A stretch of 34,665 bases of DNA, from the IMG/VR virus record IMGVR_UViG_3300032335_000786, positions 1-34,665 of that record; one strand, 5' to 3'. Shown in pieces: positions 26,873-34,083 of the stretch. The notes beneath the pieces are model-generated. The model saw nothing but the letters and a program-made list of their open reading frames with translations. It had not been told where the DNA came from and did no database searches. The DNA is from a virus. Its lineage: Duplodnaviria > Caudoviricetes. A program made the position numbers and the translations under genes. Position 1 is the first letter of the stretch. Each line of letters starts with the position of its first letter.

Positions 26873-27067
26873 GTGTTCCCCCCGGAACGTGAGTGCTGAT
26901 GGTCATCCACATCTACCGCCTTCGATCTGCGCAGGCGCGTGATTGTGCAGAATTGGATTGTTCGCGAAAAGGAATTACTGGACATCGACACGGCCTCAAC
27001 ACACGTTCGCCCGAAAAATTTTTGTGGCGAACCTCACATGCGCCGTTTTTCCAGTCTGTCCCTTTTT

Positions 27068-27105
27068 GCTCCCGCACCTGGACTCGAACCAGGAACCACT
27101 CGATT
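27068..27105 (-). other. attP core candidate: 3' half of a tRNA (probably tRNA-Asn)
   Basis: The - strand reads AA-TCGAG-TGGTT-CCTGG-TTCGAGT-CCAGG-TGCGGGA-G-C: anticodon-stem 3' strand, variable loop, perfect T arm, acceptor 3' strand, G discriminator. No 5' half; ~200 bp upstream of int. Confidence 0.82.
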
Positions 27106-27264
27106 GCTGGCCGTAAGTCCATGTCCGTAATCACGCAGGTGGTCGGTCGACCGCCTAGGCCTATGTTTACACGGGTTTTCGCGATTTAGGGCCCTCCGCC
27201 ACCTTGGGGTTGTCTGTGGGAAATGCGTTACCCCAGCGAAATTCGTTCGTCAAGAACCAAATGT

Positions 27265-27293
27265 CCGGTCATTGACCGGTCACACCTTGTGAC
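27265..27293. promoter_or_regulatory. Abutting palindromes in the divergent control region
   Basis: CCGGTCA-t-TGACCGG (27265-27279) and GTCACA-cct-TGTGAC (27279-27293); TTGAC hexamers nearby on both strands. Confidence 0.5.
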
Positions 27294-27366
27294 GATCCCT
27301 TGACTTTCTCATTTTCGGCTACACCTTTCCCACGCCCTGCGGCCGTCCCCCCGACGCAGAGCGCCC

Positions 27367-27444
27367 GGCGGAGGTGGCCGAGATCCACTCTCCAGTTGGT
27401 CGGTCCCATCGGCCACCTCCGCCCCTAACCAGGGAGGGAGGGGG
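27367..27444 (+). promoter_or_regulatory. Leader hairpin with an alternative SD-occluding fold
   Basis: Perfect 15-bp stem 27367-27381 / 27409-27423; 27413-27426 can instead pair 11/14 with the SD region 27431-27444. Confidence 0.6.
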
Positions 27445-27449
27445 AACCA

Positions 27450-27617
27450 ATGACCGAAGCCATCGTCATCGCCGCCGGCATCCTGCTGGGCGGCCTCGCC
27501 ATCGCCTACGGCCTCCAGGTCCGCGCCGAGTTCCACGAGCGCGAACGCTGGCGGCGTTTCCAAGAGTCCATGCGTGGCGGCGGCCGAAATCAACCCCTCC
27601 CCAAAAAGGAGGACTAA
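27450..27617 (+). CDS. 55-aa single-TM membrane protein (not in the ORF track)
   Basis: GGAGG SD; MTEAIVIAAGILLGGLAIAYGLQVRAEFHERERWRRFQESMRGGGRNQPLPKKED*; TAATG coupling to the next gene. Confidence 0.75.
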   Translation: MTEAIVIAAGILLGGLAIAYGLQVRAEFHERERWRRFQESMRGGGRNQPLPKKED

Positions 27618-27841
27618 TGGACCCCGCACTGATCACCGCCCTCATCGCCTCGGGTACCGCCGCCGTGGCCGCCTTCGTCGCCTACTGGGCCGGCGTCGGC
27701 CAGGCCGAGAAGAAGCACAAGGCCCGCGAGGCCGCCCTGCTCGACGACCTCGATGACGCCATCCACGTCCTCACCGACATGGCCATCAACCACCACCCCG
27801 CCGGGCGTCACCTGCGCCTGCTCACCCCCGAAGGAGCCTGA
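27617..27841 (+). CDS. Small single-TM membrane protein
   Basis: AGGAGG SD; MDPALITALIASGTAAVAAFVAYWAG followed by a charged helix. Confidence 0.75.
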   Translation: MDPALITALIASGTAAVAAFVAYWAGVGQAEKKHKAREAALLDDLDDAIHVLTDMAINHHPAGRHLRLLTPEGA

Positions 27842-27842
27842 C

Positions 27843-28037
27843 ATGACCAGCCTCACCGACCCCACCCCCGACGACGACGACACCTACCCGCCCGCGTACC
27901 GCGAACTCGTGGAGCCGTCCCAGCCGACCCCCAAGGCGATCCGCGCGTGGGCGCTGGAGAAGGGCTTGCCCGTCGGAAAGCGCGGCAAGCTGCCCGTCGA
28001 CGTCCTGCTCGCCTACCAGGAGGCGTCCCAGTCGTGA
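27843..28037 (+). CDS. Lsr2-type DNA-binding domain protein (no dimerisation domain)
   Basis: AIRAWALEKGLPVGKRGKLP.DVLLAY matches the Lsr2 C-terminal AT-hook-like domain; AAGGAG SD. Confidence 0.88.
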   Translation: MTSLTDPTPDDDDTYPPAYRELVEPSQPTPKAIRAWALEKGLPVGKRGKLPVDVLLAYQEASQS

Positions 28038-28387
28038 GCCAGGCGCGCAAGCACCGCGGCTACCGATCCCAGCGTGTGGTGGCCGAGCGGTTCGCCGACA
28101 ACGGTTTCCCGCACGCTGAGCCGGTAGGCGCGGGCCGCGCCGGTAGCGACATCGTCGGCCTGGTCGGCATTGACGTGGAGGTCAAGGCACGCCGCGACCT
28201 CAACCTCGTCGGACTCATGAAGCAGCTCGACGCCCGCGCCAAGGACGGAGTCCTCGGCATCGGCGTGGTACGCCCCGACGGCATGGGCGAGACAACCGTC
28301 GGCATGTGGCCAGCGGTCATGTGCCTTGACGACCTCATCGCCCTCCTGCGCGCCGCCGGGTACGGCACACCCTTGGAGGAAACGTGA
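28034..28387 (+). CDS. Holliday-junction resolvase, PD-(D/E)XK type
   Basis: RKHRGYRSQRVVA...GSDI....IDVEVKAR; GTGA overlap. Confidence 0.8.
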   Translation: MSQARKHRGYRSQRVVAERFADNGFPHAEPVGAGRAGSDIVGLVGIDVEVKARRDLNLVGLMKQLDARAKDGVLGIGVVRPDGMGETTVGMWPAVMCLDDLIALLRAAGYGTPLEET

Positions 28388-28851
28388 TCAGTCTGTGCAC
28401 TGTCGTGCTTGCCAGCGCCTTGGCCGTATCGCCCGGCGTTACACCGGCGAAGGCGCCGAAGCCGTGCAAGGACCGCGTCGTGGCGTGGATTGACAAGGCG
28501 GGCTTCACTGGCATTGAGCGCCGGGTCGCCTGGTCGATTGCGCAGCGCGAGTCCAATGGCAACCCGAACGAGTCGTCCTACCCCGACCTCGGCATCGTGC
28601 AACTTAATGCTCCTTCGTGGCAGCACACCAAGTATTGGCCCGCCGACGTGTACGACCCCGTCCAGTCCTTCACCGCCATGCGCCGGATGGTGCGCGACAT
28701 GAACTGGCAGCCCTGGGGCCTGCACGTCAAGCGCGGCCAGGTCACCTACGACTTCTCCGCCTACGGCGGCTGGTCGTCGTGGCATCACCAGAACTGGATC
28801 GTGGCGCCCTTCGAGCGCTACTGGGCCCAATTCCCGAAGGCGTGCCGATGA
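28384..28851 (+). CDS. Secreted lysozyme-fold / lytic transglycosylase-like protein
   Basis: Hydrophobic signal-like N-terminus; IAQRESNGNP (catalytic Glu-Ser), DLGIVQLN, WQPW. Confidence 0.78.
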   Translation: MISLCTVVLASALAVSPGVTPAKAPKPCKDRVVAWIDKAGFTGIERRVAWSIAQRESNGNPNESSYPDLGIVQLNAPSWQHTKYWPADVYDPVQSFTAMRRMVRDMNWQPWGLHVKRGQVTYDFSAYGGWSSWHHQNWIVAPFERYWAQFPKACR

Positions 28852-29093
28852 GCTGCGGCGTGTGCCAAGGCAAGGGCTGGAACTACGTCCCCGACGGCGG
28901 CGGCTGCGTCGCCCGCGAACCCTGCGACTTCTGTGAGGCATGGAATGACCTCGTTCAACGTAAAAGCAATGCTCGACCCGGTACGGACCTCCCGCGAAGA
29001 GGGCAGGCTCCAAGGCCGCAAAGAGATGCGCGACCAGATCCGCGACCAGTTCGCCACCTTCGCCTCGCGCCACCCCGAGCCAGTAGTGAGTGA
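28848..29093 (+). CDS. Small CxxC zinc-finger protein
   Basis: CGVCQGKG...PCDFC; ATGA overlap. The C-terminal half overlaps the next ORF and is doubtful. Confidence 0.5.
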   Translation: MSCGVCQGKGWNYVPDGGGCVAREPCDFCEAWNDLVQRKSNARPGTDLPRRGQAPRPQRDARPDPRPVRHLRLAPPRASSE

Positions 29094-29142
29094 CGAGCTC
29101 TGGACCTTCGTCAACTGGATCGAGCGGGAGCCACTGTCATGA
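28945..29142 (+). CDS. Hypothetical protein
   Basis: Helical 65-aa ORF whose stop overlaps the whiB start (ATGA). Confidence 0.6.
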   Translation: MTSFNVKAMLDPVRTSREEGRLQGRKEMRDQIRDQFATFASRHPEPVVSDELWTFVNWIEREPLS

Positions 29143-29504
29143 GCAAAACCCAGCCCATGCGCGCCTGCGACCGCTGCGGGAAAGAACGCATCGTCCGCGC
29201 CGACCGCCGCAACTACTGCCACGAGTGCCGCGAGCAAGGCCTACGCCCCATCGCCAACTGGATGGAGCACGGGGCCTGCCGAAATGACCACCACAGCCCC
29301 GATTGGTGGTGGCCTGAGAACTCCGACCTGGCTAACTCCGCCACCCAACTCGCCCTCAACATTTGCCGGTACTGCCCGGTGCGCGACCTCTGCTTGGACT
29401 ACGCAATTCAGCACAAGGAAGACCACGGCATTTGGGGTGGGCTGCTGCCCGCAGGACGTAAGGCGGTCGCAAGCCAGCCTCGCCGCGGAAGGGGCGTGGC
29501 CTAA
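29139..29504 (+). CDS. whiB: WhiB-family Fe-S transcription factor with an extra N-terminal Cys4 motif
   Basis: WMEHGAC...C.YCPVRDLC..YA....HGIWGG; N-terminal CDRC..CHEC. Confidence 0.93.
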   Translation: MSKTQPMRACDRCGKERIVRADRRNYCHECREQGLRPIANWMEHGACRNDHHSPDWWWPENSDLANSATQLALNICRYCPVRDLCLDYAIQHKEDHGIWGGLLPAGRKAVASQPRRGRGVA

Positions 29505-29776
29505 TGCCGCGGATCATTCCTGACCAAGACGACCTGGCGCGCATGACGCCAGCGCAGAAAGCCAAGGTGCGGCGCTACATCGCGCGCGTCGCCCTTGAGC
29601 TGGACAAGTACGCAGGTGAACTCATTGACAGCAGACGGGCGCAACGTCAGCGCGACCTCGTCGCCTGGGGTGAGGCTATCCGCCAGCACGCCCGCAACCT
29701 CCAAGCACAACTGCCCCCCGAACCCGCCCACATCACCGCCGCCCGCCGCCAAGCCCTCCTCGACAACACCCGCTAA
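29504..29776 (+). CDS. Hypothetical protein
   Basis: TAATG coupling to whiB; 90-aa helical ORF. Confidence 0.65.
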   Translation: MPRIIPDQDDLARMTPAQKAKVRRYIARVALELDKYAGELIDSRRAQRQRDLVAWGEAIRQHARNLQAQLPPEPAHITAARRQALLDNTR

Positions 29777-29787
29777 GGAGCCCTGCC

Positions 29788-30585
29788 ATGGAAGACGACA
29801 TCAAGCGCGACCGATGGGGTCGCCCCCTCATTGACCCCGTTGACGGAGGCAAAGCCGTCGCCTACACCCGCGTCAGCACCCTCGCCAAGACGCTAGACAA
29901 CAAAGAGCAGCTCATGCGCTGGAAGTGCCGACAGACAGCGCTGGGGCTGGGCAAGCGCAACGACCTAGTCGCCATGGCTGGCGCCGTCGGCGACGACAAA
30001 GGCAAACTTGACGAGATCGTCGCCGAGGCCATGAGCGCCGCAGCCAGCAACGCCGCCGCCAACCTCGGCACCACACTCCACGCCCTCACCGAACACGTTG
30101 ACGCTGGCACCAAACCCGACTACCTGCCCGGTGAACTCATCGGCGACCTCACCGCCTACGAGGAAGCGATGCGCGGCATCTCCATCCTCGGCTCGGAGAA
30201 GTTCATCGTCAACGACGACGTCCAGGCCGCCGGCACCTTCGACCGCCTCCTACTTCTCCCCGGTGTGGGCATGGTCGTCGCCGACATCAAAACCGGCCAG
30301 CATGAACCCAACTACCCGCACGCCGCCTGCATCCAGGTCGCCACCTACGCCCGCGGCCACCTGTACGAGCACGGCAAAGGCCGCATCAAGTACCTGCCCG
30401 ACCTTGGAGTCTCCACCGACGTCGGGCTCATGATCTGGCTCCCAGCAGGCAAGGCCCGCTGCGAGCTGTACCTGCTCGACCTCAACCTCGGTTGGGAACT
30501 CGCGCAGACCGCGGCCAGGGTCCGCGACGTCTACAAGTCAAAGCCCCTGACCCTCCACACCGAAGCCACCCTGGCTGTCGGCTAA
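29788..30585 (+). CDS. PD-(D/E)XK exonuclease (RecB/Cas4-like)
   Basis: YTRVST, GTTLHALTE, AGTFDR...ADIKTG, IQVATYA; AAGGAG SD. Confidence 0.88.
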   Translation: MEDDIKRDRWGRPLIDPVDGGKAVAYTRVSTLAKTLDNKEQLMRWKCRQTALGLGKRNDLVAMAGAVGDDKGKLDEIVAEAMSAAASNAAANLGTTLHALTEHVDAGTKPDYLPGELIGDLTAYEEAMRGISILGSEKFIVNDDVQAAGTFDRLLLLPGVGMVVADIKTGQHEPNYPHAACIQVATYARGHLYEHGKGRIKYLPDLGVSTDVGLMIWLPAGKARCELYLLDLNLGWELAQTAARVRDVYKSKPLTLHTEATLAVG

Positions 30586-30611
30586 CCAACCCAACCCAAC
30601 AAGGAGTCAGC

Positions 30612-31043
30612 ATGTCCATCTGGGACGACCCTGAGCTGCACGTCTCCGACGACTACGTCAAGTTTGAGACGCCCGGCGACACCATCACCGGAACCATCAC
30701 CGCCCTACGCATCCACCGCTTCGACGACAAGCCCGTTCCCCAGATCGTGATCCGCACACCCGAAGGCCACGAGCGCACCGTCACCGGCGGCCAGGCCCGG
30801 CTCAAGGCCCTGCTCACTGAGAAGCGACCCGACGTAGGCGACACCATCACCATCACCATGACCAACGTTGAGAAGCGCGCCGGCGGCAAAACACTCAAGC
30901 ACTTTGAGGTCGACATTGCTAAGGGCGGCGCAACTGTCGCTCCTGTCGCCGCACCCGAAGCGACACCCGACCCGGCCGCGACCCTTGCGGCATCCGGCCT
31001 TACCCCTGAGCAGATTGAGGCCGCCAAGCAGTTGTTCGCCTAA
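30612..31043 (+). CDS. Putative single-stranded DNA-binding protein (OB-fold)
   Basis: AAGGAG SD before ATG 30612; VKFETPGDTITGTI...VGDTITIT...KHFEV, flexible Ala/Pro tail; follows the exonuclease. Confidence 0.65.
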   Translation: MSIWDDPELHVSDDYVKFETPGDTITGTITALRIHRFDDKPVPQIVIRTPEGHERTVTGGQARLKALLTEKRPDVGDTITITMTNVEKRAGGKTLKHFEVDIAKGGATVAPVAAPEATPDPAATLAASGLTPEQIEAAKQLFA

Positions 31044-31053
31044 ACCCCGAACC

Positions 31054-31114
31054 CCCCCACCCTCGTCGGCCTGCGCCTGGCGAGCTGCCCGTTCGAGTCG
31101 GGCGTGGGGACGCA
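31054..31114 (+). ncRNA. Mini tRNA-like structure (acceptor-like stem, one arm, canonical T arm)
   Basis: CCCCAC (31055-31060) / GTGGGG (31104-31109); arm CTCGTC-GGC-ctgc-GCC-t-GGCGAG; GCCCG-TTCGAGT-CGGGC (31087-31103). Confidence 0.5.
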
Positions 31115-31185
31115 GCACCCCAACCCAACCCAACCCTGTCCCGCACCTAAGCCAAGAAACCCTCTAACTCTGGGAAGGACACGCC

Positions 31186-31794
31186 TTGCGCGGCATACCC
31201 ACGATGCACAACGGCATCAAATACCGATCACTACTGGAGGCCAAGTGGGCCTCCTTCTTCACTCGCATTGAATGGCAGTACGAATATGAGCCCTTTGAAG
31301 GCAATGGCTATATACCTGACTTCCTAATACATGGCGAGACTCCGCTTTTGGTTGAGGTCAAACCAGCTGGCACACGGCTGGACTTGATTTCGCATATCGC
31401 CAAGGTCCGACATGGATTGCAAGGCGTATGGGATAAGGACATTCTGATTGTCGGCGTCAGCCCATTATTCCTGCCGCTTGAGTCAGGACTTCCAGTAGCG
31501 GGGCTCCTTGGTGAAGCAGTCACGTCAAGACGTATCGTTGGTGTAGACGGAAACGGACAGACCGTGCTCTCGCAAAGCACGGAAACTACCTGGGAATTTG
31601 GATCTGGCTTGTGGTTTGCTTGCCACTCTTGCGATGGTCAGGCCATTCGCGTCCACCACGCCCACATGTCTTTTGCGGGTCGCCCGTGCGGCCACTACGA
31701 AGGCGACCATCACATTGGATGGATTCCACAACGTGAAATTGAGCGGTACTGGAAGCGGGCCTGCAACGAAGTCCAATGGCGTGGCGCCGCATGA
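31186..31794 (+). CDS. PD-(D/E)XK family nuclease
   Basis: GIKYRSLLEAKWA.FF...YEYEP....YIPDF......LVEVKP; visibly more AT-rich than its neighbours. Confidence 0.8.
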   Translation: MRGIPTMHNGIKYRSLLEAKWASFFTRIEWQYEYEPFEGNGYIPDFLIHGETPLLVEVKPAGTRLDLISHIAKVRHGLQGVWDKDILIVGVSPLFLPLESGLPVAGLLGEAVTSRRIVGVDGNGQTVLSQSTETTWEFGSGLWFACHSCDGQAIRVHHAHMSFAGRPCGHYEGDHHIGWIPQREIERYWKRACNEVQWRGAA

Positions 31795-33929
31795 TGACAA
31801 CCACCAGCCCCTACGCAGACGCCTTTGACGCCTACTGGCGAGCAGGATGGCGCGGCATCCTCCCACTCCCCCACGGCCAAAAGACCCCACCACCCGAGGG
31901 CTACACCGGCTACGGCGGCCTCGAACCGTCCTACCCCGACTGCGCCGCCTGGGCTGAAGACGGCATCCACAACATCGCCCTACGCCTACCCCTTGACGTC
32001 ATCGGCCTTGACGTTGACGCCTACGACGACAAACCCGGCGGCGAAACCCTCCACCGCCTCATCGGCACCCACGGCCCCCTACCCCCCACATTCCTATCCA
32101 CCAGCCGCGGCGACGGCATGAGCGGCATCCGCCTCTACCGCGTCCCCCCCGGCAGCTCCTTCCCCACCAAACTCCCCGGCATCGAACTCATCCAGAACTA
32201 CCACCGCTACGCCGTCGTCTGGCCCAGCCGCCACCCCAACGGACAGCTCTACCAATGGATCGACGAAACAACCGGACAACCCAGCATCACCCCACCCAGC
32301 CTCAGCGCCATCCCCGAACTCCCCAACGCCTGGGTCAATGGCCTCGTCATCGAAGGCAAACAACAAGCCGAGAAAGCCAACCTTGACGTCAGCCAGGCCG
32401 CCCAGATTGTCGGCCTCATGCGCGAAGGCGAACCCTGCAGACACATCCTCTCCGCAGCCGGAAAGGCAGTCGCCGGCGGCGACCGACACGACTCCTACAA
32501 CGAAGCCCTACTCGCCGTACTCGGCTACGGCCGCCGCGGCTGCCCCGGCGCCGCCCTCGTCATCCAACGCCTCAAAGCCGCCTTCATCGCCGAAATCGCC
32601 AACCGAGCCACACCCGCCGAAGCCAAAGCCGAATTCCACCGAGGCCTCATCGGCGCCATCGCCATCGTCGCCAACGAACTCCCTGGCAACACCTGCCCCG
32701 ACGAAGTTGAGGACTACATCCGCAGCCTCGACCCCAACCAGCCCACCAGCGAAGCCCAGCCCCAAGCAGACCAGCCCACCACGAACACCCCAACCCAAGA
32801 CACCGACGACGACAACCCCCTTGACCGCGCCGTATCCCGCCGCTACGCCGAACTCATCATCAACGAACGCGCCAAAGAAAAACTCGCCACACTCAAAGCC
32901 TCAGGAATTACCCCACTCCACGGCGACACCCTCGCCCAATTCCTCAACCAGCCCGACGAAGAAGAGAGCTACCGCATCAACAAACTCTGGCCCGCCGAAG
33001 GCCGCGTCCTACTCGCAGCAGCCGCCAAAACCGGCAAAACCACCCTCGTCGCAGCCAACCTCATCCCAGCCCTAGTCGACGGCACCCCATTCCTCAACAG
33101 CTTCACCCCAACCCCCACTACACGCCGAGTCGCCCTGCTCAACATGGAAGTCGGCCCCCGAACCCTCCGCCGATGGATGCGCGAAGCCGACATCTACAAC
33201 ACCGACAACGTCCTCGTGGTCAACCTCCGCGGCAAAGCCGGCAGCCTCCAACTCAACTCCGACGCAGGTCGCAAACAAACCGCCCAATTCCTCGCCGACC
33301 ACGACACCGACATCGTCATCCTTGACCCCCTAGCCCCACTCCTCGCCAGCCTCGGCCTAGACGAAAACTCCAACGCCGACGTCGCCCAATTCTTCGCCTG
33401 GTGGTCCGAAACCCTGTCGCTGGCCGGTGTCACCGACGACCTCGTCGTCCACCACACCGGCCACGCAGGCGACCGCAGCCGAGGCGCCAGCCGCCTCCTC
33501 GACGAACCCGACGCCATCTGGACCCTCACCAAAGGCCAAGAAGTCGAGCCGACTGACCAAGACCCATTCCCCATGGCCCCGCGATTCCTCGGCGCCTACG
33601 GGCGCGACGTCGACCTACCCGCACGACGCCTGCAATTTGACCCAACCACACGCAACCTCAATCTCACCGACGAGCTCCAAGGAGCCAGCGGAAACGTGTC
33701 GCGCAATCTAGACACCTACCAAAACAAAATCGTTGAAGTTCTGTCCAGGGGCACTGGCGGAATGACGGCAAGCCAAATTGCCAAGCAGGTTCACGCAGGC
33801 CAGAGAACCATCGAGCCGCTACTCAAGATTCTTGAGCAACAACGGCGCATCCAGGCAATCGGGACGGTCAAGCCAAACAAAAACACGGTCCTGGTTTATG
33901 CGGTCAACACCGTCACCGAAACAGCCTAG
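31791..33929 (+). CDS. Bifunctional primase-polymerase fused to an AAA_25/RepA-type helicase
   Basis: Prim-Pol: ILPL...K.PP..G, NIAL, IGLDVD, PSRHPNG.LY.W. Helicase: AAKTGKT, LNME, IVILDP, HHTGH..RSRGAS. Confidence 0.92.
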   Translation: MMTTTSPYADAFDAYWRAGWRGILPLPHGQKTPPPEGYTGYGGLEPSYPDCAAWAEDGIHNIALRLPLDVIGLDVDAYDDKPGGETLHRLIGTHGPLPPTFLSTSRGDGMSGIRLYRVPPGSSFPTKLPGIELIQNYHRYAVVWPSRHPNGQLYQWIDETTGQPSITPPSLSAIPELPNAWVNGLVIEGKQQAEKANLDVSQAAQIVGLMREGEPCRHILSAAGKAVAGGDRHDSYNEALLAVLGYGRRGCPGAALVIQRLKAAFIAEIANRATPAEAKAEFHRGLIGAIAIVANELPGNTCPDEVEDYIRSLDPNQPTSEAQPQADQPTTNTPTQDTDDDNPLDRAVSRRYAELIINERAKEKLATLKASGITPLHGDTLAQFLNQPDEEESYRINKLWPAEGRVLLAAAAKTGKTTLVAANLIPALVDGTPFLNSFTPTPTTRRVALLNMEVGPRTLRRWMREADIYNTDNVLVVNLRGKAGSLQLNSDAGRKQTAQFLADHDTDIVILDPLAPLLASLGLDENSNADVAQFFAWWSETLSLAGVTDDLVVHHTGHAGDRSRGASRLLDEPDAIWTLTKGQEVEPTDQDPFPMAPRFLGAYGRDVDLPARRLQFDPTTRNLNLTDELQGASGNVSRNLDTYQNKIVEVLSRGTGGMTASQIAKQVHAGQRTIEPLLKILEQQRRIQAIGTVKPNKNTVLVYAVNTVTETA

Positions 33930-34083
33930 AGACGGCTAGAGACGCCTAGCGACGACAGTTTCGTCTCTAGATCCAGCCACTAGCGACTAGAGACCCCCCT
34001 ATAGGGGGTCACTAGGAAGCCCCCTAGTCAGCAGCAACAAAGCCCGCACCAACGGAAAGGCTAGAAATGAGGCGCGTCTCTAG
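33924..34083. repeat. CTAG(A/C)GAC iteron cluster with palindromes; replication origin candidate
   Basis: Three 10-bp-phased repeats at 33924-33953, more direct and inverted copies at 33963, 33980, 33987 and 34076, GACCCCC-ctata-GGGGGTC, and ACTAGG/CCTAGT; directly after the primase-helicase gene. Confidence 0.7.

Noticed and set aside
27068-27105. Functional tRNA gene
   Set aside because: The 5' acceptor strand, D arm and anticodon are absent; only the 3' half is present.
26943-27116. + strand ORF ending LPHLDSNQEPLDCWP as a BPs-type repressor containing attP
   Set aside because: That peptide is simply the antisense translation of a tRNA T arm. The 57-codon frame has no HTH or SD and points away from int.
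26913-27134. 73-aa - strand ORF spanning attP as a repressor or excisionase
   Set aside because: No recognisable HTH/wHTH pattern, no clear SD, and non-coding-like composition; not fully excluded.
28848-29142. Long gene overlaps (here, 22836-23078/22960 and 22502-22572) as programmed recoding or stop-codon reassignment
   Set aside because: All three stop codons terminate conserved genes normally. The overlapping tails look like low-information read-through or single-base indels, and no clear slippery site supports recoding.
29788-30585. Cas4-like nuclease as evidence of CRISPR-Cas
   Set aside because: Stand-alone PD-(D/E)XK exonucleases next to ssb are ordinary phage recombination genes.
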